Under the pieces are notes generated by a model that had not been told where the DNA came from, searched no databases, and saw only the letters and a list, made by a program, of their open reading frames with translations. Position numbers and translations under genes: made by a program. 64,000 nt of DNA from Podarcis erhardii. Lineage: Eukaryota. Within the stretch, counting starts at the first letter, position 1, and each line of letters starts with the position of its first letter. Positions 12,300 to 25,347 of the stretch are shown in pieces. The stretch lies in NCBI GenBank assembly GCA_964252035.1, contig OZ176207.1, one strand, 5' to 3'.

Positions 12300-12800
12300 G
12301 ACAATTAAAATGGAGGAGAGAAGGCTTGGGCCAATGACATGTTGGGAAAGCCTCATGGTCGTCATGGCAGCCATGAAGTCCTGCGCTGCCGATTGCCTCT
12401 GCATGGATGTTGAAGTCCCCCGAAACCAGCAGTCCTGGAATCCTCAAGACCAGCTCTTTCAGCAAAGGCAAGGACACTGCTGGGCAATGTGGCAGGAGGT
12501 GAACCAGTGGATTCTCTAATCTGTCCTGATTGTCCAATGCTGGGAACACACACTCTAGATCCTCCCCCCCCCCACAACTGGACAGAGGGCCTGGAGAGAG
12601 AGGGAAAAAAAATTCTAGGGACCACAGCAACTCCCCAACTCTCAAGTCTACCCAGATACTACACTGGGTGGGCACAGCTGGGTGATGCCAACTGTACCCT
12701 GTTCACCCACCCAAGTCTTAGTGATATAGAACAGATTGGCCTGCTCATCCACAATCAGATCACGGATGAGGGAGGTCTTATTCAGAGTTGACCTGGCATT
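12300..12800 (-). mobile_element. Decayed L2/CR1-clade APE endonuclease fragment
   Basis: ORF 12280-12675 contains LVLRIPGLLVSGDFNIHAE (GDFN motif). Boundaries are approximate. Confidence 0.6.
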
Positions 12801-14556
12801 CAGCAGCAGCAGTCTCAAAGGCTGACTTATATGACAACTGCAATTCCCCAGTTGGAGGAGGGTCTGGCACTCAGCACAATCGCTAAGTGCCTGTGCTGTG
12901 TGCCCCTTACTTGGCCTGCTCCACCTCCCACAACATACTTCTCCTTACCCTGTAGATACTTGCTTGATTACCCATTTATTATCCTATCATCCAATCTTTA
13001 CAAAATTTAACAAAGAAAGAAATCTGGTGCAACATGTATGGATATAATATATGCAGTAGAAAGGACATGTTGAATGAATCAAGGTTGACAGCTGAGTTTG
13101 AGAAGATATAACAGAAACTTTATTTGCGTTTAAGTAAGCATAAATTGGTCTGGTTGTTTACAGAATTGCTAGAATGGAAAGTAATTTACATCCCTTATAT
13201 TTTATTAGCATTATACATTCCACAATGGACCAGAATATACCACTTACAATATAACAAATGAACGGCAGTGATGTGCATGAAACCTGCTGCATTAAGCACT
13301 ATCAGAGTTTTTTAAATAAAAACAACAACAGCCCCTGATCCTTAATGCGCTTGAGCTGGCAGAATTCCACTGATTAACAAAGTCTTGATTTCAACCTGTT
13401 TCAAAAGTCTTAAGCTATAAATAGAATGAAGTCAGCACTGAACCAAGATTTTCAAGGGATCTAATCACAGATTTGTGCAGAGAGACTAAAAGGTCAAACC
13501 AGCCCTTTGCTTGGTAAGGGTTTGTGCCACATGTCAGTCCACATAGAATCAACATAAAATGTGCCCCAAGAGGAGGGCGATAAACAAACACTATGCACTA
13601 CAAGTATGTGGTACCTGCAGATCAGATGGCTCAAAAGCTAAGAACTCTTAATACCCAGTCATACTGTATTACTATTAAAAATAACTTTAAACAGACACTA
13701 TGTTAGAGTTTATTGGCATTATAAACACAAATAGCATTTCTTTCTTTGCAGCAGAACTTTAGAATATAGACATGCCAGGAAAAACATAACACCTTCATCC
13801 ACAAGCCATACAATGATGCAACTAATCCTGCATGCCAAAAATACCTCGTTCCGCTCTCCCCCAAGCCCCAGAACTCTAGCCCGATCCTGTGCTGAGTGAA
13901 AAGCTGCTTTTAATTCTCAGGGGAGTTTCAAAAGGGCGGTAGGGGAGGTCACATCTAAAAGACCTGTCAAGATTGTGCTTGCTATCTCGCTTACATACCA
14001 TCTGTATGTGGACGTTCAGGAGATGCAGCCCATAATGCCATACATTCACCATCGCCTTCATAAAATCCAAATGTCGCATGTGCAATGTTGTACTTGTAGC
14101 TTGGGGATTTTTAAACCCCTGTGGTCCTCCCATTATTTACCCATCCCTTTTCTTGCAAGTGTATTTTCAGGTCTACAAGCAGATGTATGACGTTGATTGC
14201 AAGGTAAATCAGCTTAATGTTTTCCTCTACTGTACAGACAAATGTTTCCAAGGGAAAAAAATCAGACACTGCACTCTGGCAATCAGCTACTCTGAATTAA
14301 TACTCTGTGGATTTTGAAAGACGGAGAACATACATTCACCAATCAATACACACCAGTTACACCGTGTGAAAATTACTGGCAAGTTGTAGTTAAGAGGCAA
14401 GGATTTCCCGTAAAGGCAAAAAGCAACCAAAAAAAGTCCACTGACTTTTGGCCTATGGTATCTAACTCCAACCATTTAGTAGGCTTTAAAAATAGCCTCT
14501 GCAGACACTGTTTTTAAAAAGAGCAATAAAAGAAGAAAAGAACTTATGTGACTTAC

Positions 14557-14629
14557 CTGGATCAAAATTGTCTCCAAATATTCTTTTAGCAGGAATCTTC
14601 AAGTTCATAGTGGGAAATTGTTTCCTTAG
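14557..14629 (-). CDS. SGK3: SGK3 exon 4: [24 protein letters not shown](D)
   Basis: tttcag|CTA ... CAG|gtaagt; 73 nt; PX domain. Confidence 0.96.
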
Positions 14630-14747
14630 CTGAAATACACAAAACACACAGGTAGTTTAACTTTGGAGTATAGATACCTTCCAGACACAGTTGTATTGGC
14701 AGAGGGTCATTCCTTGATTCAATTTTAGCACGACTCCCTTTACTTAC

Positions 14748-14831
14748 TGTATTATACAGTTTATCAAACTCAGTGTATCGCCTGAAGACGAACCATTCAT
14801 TATTGCCAACTGAGACCAAAACTTTGTAAAC
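14748..14831 (-). CDS. SGK3: SGK3 exon 3: [28 protein letters not shown]
   Basis: tacag|GTT ... ACA|gtaagt; 84 nt; PX RRY motif. Confidence 0.96.
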
Positions 14832-16262
14832 CTGTAGGGATACAAAAGTAAAATTAGTGAGAAATGCAAAAATAACACAGTTGTGAGTTAATGAACCTGT
14901 GTACGTTTGTTGCTCGTTTACCTATTAAATCTTTGAGCCTGAATTTTATACATAATTACAGGATGAGACTGAAAGCACACTGCATTCTCCAACACAGGGC
15001 TGCTGAACACATTAGGATTTTTCAACATGAAGATACCAAGAGCGTCAGTGCAGAACACCCAAAACAGAGGCTCCAAGTAAATGCCACAGCAATAAGAGCT
15101 TATTGTTAAAATTGAATATATAGAACAGCATGTTTCAGCATTGCTATCTCCTGTTACGTATCTTGGATCCCTGGACCCGTGAGAAAAACATGACTTATGG
15201 AATGGGATTTTCCTTTCTCCTTCTTCCCACGATGCTCATCAAAGAGTCAGTCTTGAATGCTGCGGAATCATTAGAGAGGTGTGGAGGCTGCAGAAGGGTG
15301 GGAGAGTCAGCAAAGGTTTTGGCCTCTCTTGTACCAATGGATATGCCTTTTCACTTGTGCTAGATACTTTTTGATCTACGCCAGTAAAAACAGACTTTTA
15401 CAATATTTCCAGGGCCTAACATCCAGGGAAACAAAATGTTTCTAGGGGTAGCTTTTAAATGGAAGTGAAAAGTTGCAGATATAAACTATAGAGTTGTGTT
15501 AGATTTATCCTGAAAAGGTTGAAAATGTACAGTAGTTAAGCAATTGCTTAAAAAGAATGTAGTGCAAGAACAGTAACCTTCCATAATAACTGAACTGTGC
15601 ATGATTAGAGAACATATTCTCTAGAAATTAGAACAGCCACTATTTATAGTGGGCAGGACTAGATGCTGCAAAGCTGTACATGTTATATTAAATGTATGGT
15701 TTGCAAATTTACAACAGAGACTCTTGATTCAAAGGAAACATTAATTTGCACATAGCTTTGCTAGGTACATTTTAAAAGGCAAATTCTACTTTGCATAACA
15801 AAAAACCATGGTAAATGGAATAGTACTATTACTGCTACTACCATTAACCCAGTGGTATTTAACACTAGACAATATACAATAGATTCACTGTTTGGATTAC
15901 TCAAACTGCTGAAAAAGAAGGATGGGAGAAAATTGGATTTTTTAAAACACAAATGATGGAAATGTTTACAGATTAAGAAACTCTGGATAAGCATTTCTGG
16001 ATGTGAACTTGAACTGCATTATGAAGTAATCAGGTTAAGATGTATGATCAATAGTACAGATTAAGAACTGGAGTAGCTGGTAATATGTTATTAATGGCAT
16101 ATTGATTGCTGCCAAGTGGAAACTCCCAACCATTCCAAGTATAATGAAGTAGCTTAACAAGGTTTGTCACACAAAGCTAAACTAGAAAGAGTTTGATGTA
16201 TAGTATGTGCAGTTATAAAAATCATTTTTGTTGTTGCACACCATCTATTTGCTAGGAACTGT

Positions 16263-16398
16263 CAGGCTTTCTCAACTTTTGGTCCCCAGATGTTTTTGGC
16301 CTACAACTCCGATCATCTCTGACCAGTGGTCCTGTGAGCTAGGTATCATGGGAGTTGTAGGCCAAAAACATCTGAGGACACAAGGTTGAGAAAGGCTG
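16263..16398. mobile_element. hAT-type MITE related to family A
   Basis: TIR caggctttctcaac / gttgagaaaggctg and the same internal ctacaactcc/gggagttgtagg arms. No clear TSD. Confidence 0.65.
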
Positions 16399-16546
16399 GT
16401 CTACACCATCATAATTTAAGTTTTTATATTAGTTGCCACATAATGATCATACAGAAAAGTAAAAATATAAATATGCAAATGAGAAAAATAGGTTGAGTGT
16501 TGATTATTTGGGTTTTTGTTTTTAGTAGAAACTAACACATAATCAT

Positions 16547-16905
16547 GGGATGCGGGTGGCGCTGTGGGTAAAACCTCAGCGCCTAGGACTTGCCGATCGT
16601 CAGGTCGGCGGTTCGAATCCCCGCGGCGGGGTGCGCTCCCGTTGCTCGGTCCCAGCGCCTGCCAACCTAGCAGTTTGAAAGCACCCCTAAGTGCAAGTAG
16701 ATAAATAGGTACCGCTTACTAGCGGGAAGGTAAACTGTGTTTCCATGTGCTGCGCTGGCTCGCCAGATGCAGCTTGTCACGCTGGCCACGTGACCCGGAA
16801 GTGTCTGCGGACAGCGCTGGCCCCCGGCCCCTTAAGTGAGATGGGCGCACAACCCTAGAGTCGGGCACGACTGGCCCGTACGGGCAGGGGTACCTTTACC
16901 TTTAC
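16547..16905 (+). mobile_element. Sauria SINE (Squam1), full length
   Basis: A/B-box head and (ACCTTT)n tail; 14-bp TSD ctaacacataatca at 16532-16545 and 16906-16919. Confidence 0.92.
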
Positions 16906-17539
16906 CTAACACATAATCAAGTTTCAGGAAGTGCAGCTCATTAATTCCACAGCAGAACCAGCATACCTTCTGGTTCTCAAAGAATTATGAAAAAGCAAAC
17001 AAACTATTAATCCTGAGTTTGCACTTACTGTGGAATTCAATAAACCAATTTAGAAGGCCATAATGTATGTTATGTTAACTCAGATCTCCCAATGGATTTA
17101 TTTACCTCCTCACTTTAATATGGCCACAGGAGCTCTAGTTTTTGTTTGTTTGTTTTTAAATTCATTGTGTGCTTTTGGTTTGTAGTTGATGTTTTTAAGA
17201 ACATTTTCAAATACAAATATTATAACTCAACAATTAACAAAATATCCTTTCTTGTTTGCATGCTGTAAGTAAATGTAAATAATGTTTTTGTCCTCATTTC
17301 TTTACCTACTATCAAGAAGACATTCACTCTTAATTGGTCAATCCATATAACACTATATCCCTTAATCCACATGAAGCAGAGTACTCACAGTTCATTTCCA
17401 AAATAAAAATATAGTTTAGCCTTTCCAACCTTCTATCTATTTATGTTATAAATGGGAAACACTTTTCCTTCAGCGGTCTTGAAGGAGACATCTTGACCCT
17501 AATCCTTTTCAGTTTTCCCCAAATTAATTACCCCTCAAT

Positions 17540-17904
17540 GGGACGCGGGTGGCGCTGTGGTCTAAACCACAGAGCCTAGGGTTTGCCAATCAGAAGGTTG
17601 GCAGTTCGAATCTCCGCAACGGGGTGAACTCCTGTTGCTCTGTCCCAGCTCCTGCCAGCCTAGTAGTTCGAAAGCACGTCAAAGTGCATATAGATAAATA
17701 GGTACCGCTCCAGCGGGAAGGTAAACAGCATTTCTGTGCGCTGCTCTGGTTCGCCAGAAGCAGCATAGTCATTCTGGCCACATGACCCAGAAGCTGTCTG
17801 CAGACAAATGCAAACTCCCTCGGCCAGTAAAGCGAGATGAGCGCCGCAACCCCAGCGTTGTCTACGACTGGACTTAACTGTCAGGGGTCCCTTTACCTTT
17901 ACCT
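17540..17904 (+). mobile_element. Sauria SINE (Squam1), different subfamily
   Basis: Head GGGACGCGGGTGGCGCTGTGGTCTAAACC and ACCTTT tail; 13-bp TSD ttaattacccctc at 17524-17536 and 17905-17917. Confidence 0.92.
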
Positions 17905-19053
17905 TTAATTACCCCTCCAGGCAGCAAAACAACCTGCAGTGGGGGAAAAGGGGATACCCGTCATGCTTTGTTTCTTTCTACTGGATTCTAAAAGCAGCTT
18001 GTGGGAGGGGTTAATTAGGAATGGTGTAGGACGAAAGTATTAAATATCTCCTCTTTCACTGCTCCACAAGATTTTCCTTTTTACACCTATTACAATCCTG
18101 ACGCTTCCTGTTAGGCCCGTTTTGATCTAACAAGGTCCATTTTTAAGTTCCATTTTGATCTAACAGGACTTCTGCTTTTGCTACATCAAGGAACAGTATT
18201 TTCCTTCGGAGGTAAGGAGAGACGGCTACAATATATTTGCATTATATTGATGGAGGGGGTGCCAGAGAGGGTAGGAAAAGTGTTATGATGGTCAACATCA
18301 TTCAGCTGCAGAGGAAACTGCTCAGCAAAACAAAATGAGACCATGTTTTTGAAAGAATTACTAGGTTGTCGTTGTTACAATCCAGCAGATTTCCAAAAGC
18401 TACTGAAGAAGAATACTATTAAAATATTGTTTAGTCCAATAGCAAAATACAGAAGGTTGTCCAATGCCAAAATTACACACAGAATAAAAATACAAATCAC
18501 ATCCAGAGAAGCTACCGGGATGGGGTGGGGAGAAAGAACAGGAAACAATGAAAGGGAAACAGAAGCAAAAGGCACCAAGACTAACAAAGAGGGGAAATAG
18601 TGTAATTTAATGTGTTTGTATTCAATGGGGTTTTTTTTAAATAAATAAAAAGATCCACTGTCTATGCTGTTGCTTTCTGCTTTTTATAATGCTGATCAGC
18701 AACTTACATAAATTTGATCTGCTATGCAGTTCAGATGTTTAAAAGCCTTTAACAACATAACTGTTACAATATCCTTATGCTGCACATTTTTATGTGTACT
18801 AAATTCTACAGTATGCATAAAATCAGAGTTAACACATTAACCTTCACACCCAAATTTGCATATATGCTAATAGGCATGATTTGGAAACAACACTAAACAT
18901 GTTTTGTTTTAGGTGATCAATCAACATCAGCCTTGCTTCTTGTTATATCTGAACTGAAAATCCTAGTTAATCTGAACGATGGTTTATTGAAACAAGCCAG
19001 AATAATAAACGATGCTTTGATTCTGGCTTGTTTAAATAAACTACTGTTTAAAC

Positions 19054-19189
19054 CAGGCATAGGCAAACTCAGCCCTCCAGATGTTTTGAGACTACAATTC
19101 CCATCACCCCTGACTACTGGTACTGTTAGCTAGGGATGATAGGAGTTGTAGTCCCAAAACATCTGGAGGGCTGAGTTTGCCTATGCCTG
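19054..19189. mobile_element. hAT-type MITE family A, copy 2
   Basis: Same TIRs as 10331-10466; TSD gtttaaac/gtttaagc (7 of 8). Confidence 0.88.
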
Positions 19190-19415
19190 GTTTAAGCTAA
19201 CCACAGTATTTGGTTGTGTAAACAGGGAGCACATACTTCTAATCTCTTCCTCATGCAGGAAGGGAGGGCAAACCATGTCAGCCTAAGGCTAGCTCACATA
19301 GTGCTAAATAATGGTTTAACATTACATCCAAACCACACCATTAATTGAATATGAAATGGAGAACAAGAATAAGTCCCCATTGACTGAGAAAAGTGCTTTA
19401 TGTTCACATACTTAC

Positions 19416-19493
19416 AGTAAATCTTTTTTTCTTCACTCTGTGTTCATCAGAGCTGGGGATGCTAACACTTGGGCAGCTTTCCTTGACATCCAT
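19416..19493 (-). CDS. SGK3: SGK3 exon 2 coding part: [26 protein letters not shown]
   Basis: ATG at 19493 with an in-frame TAA five codons upstream; donor ACT|gtaagt. Confidence 0.93.
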
Positions 19494-19620
19494 TATATGT
19501 TGTCTTTAGGCAAAAATTCAAGACCACCACACCAGGTATAGCAAAATGTAGAAAATGTCAGCAGTATTGATCTAAAACATGCAGCCTCTCTTGTGTAAAT
19601 TTAAATTCCATCATGCAAAC
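19494..19620 (-). other. SGK3: SGK3 exon 2 5' UTR part
   Basis: Pyrimidine-rich acceptor tttgtttcgttttatttaag|GTTTGCATGATGGAATTT. The start resembles the human exon 2 start as I recall it (unverified). Confidence 0.75.
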
Positions 19621-20822
19621 CTTAAATAAAACGAAACAAAAAGTTCAGCAGGTGACTGGTTTGAATCATGGCTGCAAACTGAATTTTAATGATTTTCTAA
19701 ATAAAGGTTATCTTTCCATGTTTGTATAAAGTGAAGATGATACAAGTGAGATGTCCTGGGGACTGGAGGGAAGTCAAGTGTTAAGAATAATAGCAGCATG
19801 GCTATAGTAAGGCTTGGTGGTTGTATATGCAGACATAAAAATGTACCAGTTGTGTTAGGTTCTTTTAACTCCAAAATATCACCATCACTAAAACATGGTT
19901 GGTAAATAACAAAATACTACTGTAACTTATTTATGTAACATATATGATATATTCATAGAGCTTTTCATGCATTTTCTTATTAATCCTTACAAGAGGAATA
20001 TAACATAGATTAGTATTATTATTACATTACAGGTAGGGGCACAGAAATAAAGGTTTGCCTAAATCCACGTGGTTAGTCTGTGGCCAAGATGAGATAGGAA
20101 CTTCCTTGCTGAAACTTGCAGGCAGGCATTTGTTTGTTTATGTATGCTTGTTTACTCCAAATTAAATCCCTACCTGTGATGGGAATTGGTAAGAGGATAC
20201 ATTAATTATATTTACTCCTCTAGAGACCCATGTGTGTGGGTTAACAAACAAAAGAAAAAGTGGCTGGTGGTGCCTATTTTTAAAACCATGGGGCTAGCAC
20301 ACAGAGAGCCCCAGTAGCAGAGTATTGTTCAACAGATTAATGAAGCAGAGGAATAGGCTATTAAACATTTAAATATATTCAGCTGCAAGAAGCAGCTGAC
20401 TCCCCTACCCTCATGCACTGAAACAGACCACACTTTGAAGTAAGTTTAAATATGCTTTACTTACTTAATTGTGGTCACAGTCATGCATTTTCCTTTATGC
20501 AACAGCAGTAAGATAATGCAGGTAAAATACTTCGTTGAAACACAGCTAGGGTTGACTGCTAAAATCTCCCACAACCTACTCATATAATACTTCATTGGCC
20601 CTTATGGGAAGAAGGGCAGGATATAAATTCAATAAATTTGTACATGTGTACAAAAGGTGGTGTCAACACATTAAGGCAGGGAGTGCAATTCTGCTCCTCT
20701 TCTCTGCATTTTGACAGTGTGCAAATGACTCTTATCTCCAGTGAGTTGCTCTAGAGGCAGCAGTTTGAGGTTCTTGCTTTGGTGCTCTGACCATTTTGCT
20801 TAATTTATCCCCAATAAATTTC

Positions 20823-20862
<40 letters not shown>
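20823..20862 (+). repeat. (CTTT)n microsatellite, about 10 units
   Basis: Read directly. Confidence 0.95.
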
Positions 20863-22229
20863 AAATAGCCTTATATAATTGTAATAGAAAGGTAATTCTG
20901 AAGAACAAGAATATTCCTATCACCATCCAAAAGTGGTGGTTCAGTACCTAAAATGTGTTTTGTTATTAATCTAAAGTGGGTGAATTATCTGTTTAACTTG
21001 TGCTACTATAACAGGAAGCTTATTAAGACCTACTCTGTACACTAAGGCATTTAAAGAAGTATGACCAAATAGAGCAAGACAGTGCTATACTAGGTCAAAT
21101 TTAAATGATTATATGCGGGCATCTAGAGCAACAACACAGATACAAAAATATGCAGAAAACTGTGTTGCTCCATCAGGAAAATAAAAAACAGTCAGACAAC
21201 CACAATCACAAAATAATGTTACATCAGGGCAAACTAAAATAATGGTTCTTTCAAAGTTTAACAGAATTGTTCTCCAGGCTTTATCTTAAAAAGTTGAGGA
21301 ATGTAAACAGATGTTGGTAGAAGCTCCATCTGCAACATTTAAGAAAATGATTGAAGAAGTTATAGGGCAAGTTGTGTCTAGGACTAAAGATCCCAGATTT
21401 CAACAAGGCAAACTGGAGCAAAGTATCAATGGCTACCTCTCTCTTTCAAAAGCCAGTAGTTATTGCAATATTTCTCTAGCATTAAAAAAAAGCACTTATG
21501 GTCCCTTGTTAGGCACACAGAACATGATTGTTATTATATTAGTAAAGCTGATACCGTTTCAAGTTGTCAACATATAATACCCAGTCTAAATAATATACAC
21601 CTACAATAGTTCCCATCTTAAAATAGAAGTCTATGTTTCAATTGTATGTGCTCTCCCATTTTTCCATAAAGCCACTGTGATGTAATTCTCCTGTTAGGGA
21701 GACACCCATGTTTGTGTTGGCTGAAATGACAAAGCACTTCAAAATTCAGTTATGAGGCTTGTTTTAAACATCCTACTAAAATATAGATTGAGATGAGCCA
21801 ATTTAGTTTTGTGCTCAGAATTATGTTGCTTCTGAGAAATTCGAGGTTATAAAATAGGTTTGTTTGGATTTAGCAGGCACTGACAGAAAGCAATACATTA
21901 TCAAGAGCAATGAAAGAATATTTTCTATTGATCTACACTGGCTTACTCGAAAATTGAGAGCATGATCAAGGCAAATGTAAATCAATCAAATGTAGACCAG
22001 TCTCCCTAATTTAAGAGTTAAAACATGTGATTAAATTGCTTGTATTAAAACACACACACAATGGGAAATTGCATAAATACAGCTAGATTGTGTCCTATTT
22101 TTCTGTCAGAATTATTTTGTGCAACTAAGCTAACTCATATTTGCTTACGTACTGCCATTCTCCCCCCCTCCTCGCCCTAATTTTATGTGCTCTCCATCTT
22201 GGCCTTGCTATGGACTACGGTTGGTCACC

Positions 22230-22744
22230 TGTTTGCGGGGGCCAGGTAGGAATTTTCCCACTTGGCAAATTGGCACCAGCCATGTGGTTTTCGCCTGCCT
22301 TGTAGCAATTGTCACAACTTTGTAAGGTTTGGCGGTTAGGCATTTGTAAACATGGTTTGTGGGAGGGGAGGTTGTGGCCTTCAGCTGCCCCTCTTCTTTA
22401 AGGGTATTCCATTAAAGGCATCCAGGGGTGTGGTTCCCGTCCAAAGCCCGGGTATGGGCTAGAGCCATGCCACGACTCCATCGGGAACCCGGGGGGGGGG
22501 GGGCTCACAATTTATGTACATCAATAGGGCTCCCCCTACCAGTGGTTGACCCATATGAGACTACCTGCATGACGGGCAGGAGAGAGATATAGTCGGTTCA
22601 GTTCCAATGCCTAAGCCAAAACCTCTCACATCTGTAACCAACAAAGTTGTGTTAATGAGATAAAATAGGCCACAAAACACTGGTGTCTGTGTTTCATTAG
22701 CTAAGGAACAGGGGGGGGGGGGCTCGGGCCCTCGCCATGCAACA
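22230..22744 (+). mobile_element. Possible solo LTR
   Basis: GC-richer block with TGTTTGCG...ATGCAACA near-inverted termini, G-runs and a degenerate polyA-like aacaaagttgtg. No TSD found and the left boundary is uncertain. Confidence 0.4.
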
Positions 22745-23405
22745 AGCAACTCACCAGCTCTCAGCTACAGTTCCTAACTGCAACCTACACCCAAAGCTGT
22801 TTGTTAGGACAAATAAGAATGTAAATAGCACCTTTAACACCTATAAAAATAATCAGCAACAATCACTTGACTTTTGTTCCCTTTATGAAGTATTTAAGAC
22901 CAAGGTTCCCACTCAGAGGATAACTCTCAGTCATTTAGAGATAAGAGAGGCCATTCTAAAGATTACAGAGTTTCTTGTGGAATATGGAGAACAAAACAAA
23001 GTAATCAAGCTCAATTCATGAGATAATCTGGAAATGATGGAAATCCATTAATAGTTGCTACTAGCTCTGAAAACAGGAAATAAGAACAGATGTATAAAGT
23101 ATTGTAAACCACCTAGCATCCTGGCTTCAGCTGTTGTTTCTAGCTATCTTTTCTGCTTAAGAACATCCTTCTTTCAATTAACAGTCAGATCTTATTAATT
23201 CAGCCAAGGTTTTATTACACAAACAATCCAATAGTATTTTAAAATGCAAATATACTATGCATATTAATGTTTTCATCAAGAAATGAAGTGGAGTTCATAC
23301 ATAGAGCAGGAGGCTGAATTATCAGAGAAGTTTGCTAAGTATCCCTGCCCGCCCGCCGAAGTGGACATTGCAGCAACATATACGTAATTAGAGAAATAGT
23401 TAGTA

Positions 23406-23620
23406 CAGAGAGCCCATGTGGTAATACTGGTTTGAATGTTGGGCTAGGACTTGGGAGACTAGTGTTCAAATTCCTATTCAGCCATGACCTTGGGCCAGTC
23501 ACTGTCTCTCAGCCTAACCTATCACACAAGGCTGTGGTGAGAATAAAATGGGAAGGGGGAAAACCATGTATGCCACCACCTTGAGCTCCTTGGAGTAAAG
23601 GTGAGAAATCTAATACATAA
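23406..23620 (+). mobile_element. Old Squam3/MIR-like tRNA SINE
   Basis: Degenerate A/B boxes and core gaccttgggccagtcactgtctctcagcctaacct. Confidence 0.65.
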
Positions 23621-24334
23621 ATGAACTAACAGAGAGGTACACTGACAAGACCTCTCTTTCCAGCAGATATTGATTTGTGTGGGTATCATGTCCAACCCTT
23701 AGCCAAGCAGGAGAACTTCTTGCCTATTTGTCTTGATACACTTCTTTGACCATAACAAGAATGTAGGTTTTGACCTTGTTGGGGTTGGGATTTTTCTGAG
23801 CTCTTGTCATGGTGGTCCCATCACTAGGGATTTAACAACGAGAATAACGTCATTAAATGGAATCTGTACACACCAAATGTCAACGTGGACCCTGCTCAGA
23901 CAGCTTATTGCCTTTGTTTCCAACGAGTTGCTAAACCCAGCAAACAACTCAAAAGTCAAAAGAATAAAGTGCCTCCAACTCAGAGAAGATTAAAGAAGAA
24001 CAAGTACATGTTGTACCTGAACGACTCTAGGGCATGAATTCCAGGAATTAGCATTAAGTAACAGGCTTTTCTTAGTCCAGGAATGTAATGTAATTCAAGG
24101 CTAGTGAGACAGGGGGAAATCTGCAGTGAATACTTGCTGATTTAGAAGGGAACTTCCTTGCAAAAGCGTGGTCTGTACAGACCAATGTTGCTCCCACATG
24201 TCATCTTGATTTGGTCCCATCTGTAAAAATCATAGCATAACTGTGGCATGAATGACTTTCATAAAGCTTCTGCTAGAATCTCAAGGAGCATAGCAGTCTT
24301 GCAACTCTCCCCCTACCACATCAATAGTTTATAT

Positions 24335-24486
24335 CAGGGGTGTCCAACAATCTACTGCTGGTAGATCACGGGGTGTCCATGGTAGATCACTGGACCCACC
24401 CCCCAAAAGCACAACAACTTTGGTAAATCACTGCCAGTTTTAATAGTAGGAGTAGATCTCAGTCTCTTAAAAGTTGGATATGCCTG
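24335..24486. mobile_element. hAT-type MITE (family B)
   Basis: TIR caggggtgtccaac / gttggatatgcctg, repeated gtagatc motifs, perfect 8-bp TSD gtttatat. Confidence 0.85.
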
Positions 24487-24944
24487 GTTTATATGAAGGT
24501 TTTTCCATTATGTTTATTTCAACACAGGAGAAAAAGGTAATATGGAAAGTTTGGATTGTGCTTTACAACAAAGCACAACTGTTAACAAAAATAAACTGTA
24601 AGCAAAGTGAGATTATTTGCAGGGATCCCTTACCTTTCAGTCTCTTGGGAGCAAGGTACAAATCCAGCAATGGGTAACGTCAGAGATGAAGAGCTTGCAA
24701 ACCACAGCTTTGCAAAGATCAATTCTGGCTGCAGGACAGACCTACACACAGCAAAGATATTAAGTTAAAAGAGACTAACCAACCAATATTACTTATTAGC
24801 TCTTTAATCAACTTTTGTCCATATTTAGTATAGCCCTATTGAAAATTTGGTAAATTGGTTATTAATTTTGATAGCACCTTCAATGAACCAAGCACAGCCA
24901 AGTTCAGACTATTACTAGTTCTTAAAGAAGCCTATTCTTAAATA

Positions 24945-25166
24945 CAGTGGTAACTCGGGTTAAGTACTTAATTTGTTCTGGAGGTCCGTTCTTAACCTGA
25001 AACTGTTCTTAACCTGAAGCACCACTTTAGCTAATGGGCCTCCTGCTGCCACCGCGCCACCAGAGCACAATTTCTGTTCTCATCCTGAAGCACTATTTCT
25101 GGGTTAGTAGAGTCTGTAACCTGAAGCGTATGTAACCTGAAGCATATGTAACCTGAGGTACCACCG
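24945..25166 (-). mobile_element. Tc1/mariner-type MITE (family C)
   Basis: TA-flanked; TIR cagtggta(a/c)ctc; internal aacctgaag repeats. Confidence 0.85.
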
Positions 25167-25347
25167 TACCTTATCTCTGTTGGAATAAGCAACAGTCTTT
25201 AATTAATACTCATTGTACTGAGAGAAAAGGTCACCAAAAGGTTAATGATTCTATGCCCAGGAAGTTAAGTGTCCTTCTTGAGTTGTGAATTTAGTTTCTC
25301 TTTCGCCTTTACTCCTTGCTTATGCAGTAACCAGTAAAAGCTGATTA

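Noticed and set aside
19494-19511. Longer SGK3 N-terminus like the human MQRDHT extension
   Set aside because: An in-frame TAA precedes the MDVK start and no in-frame ATG lies between them.
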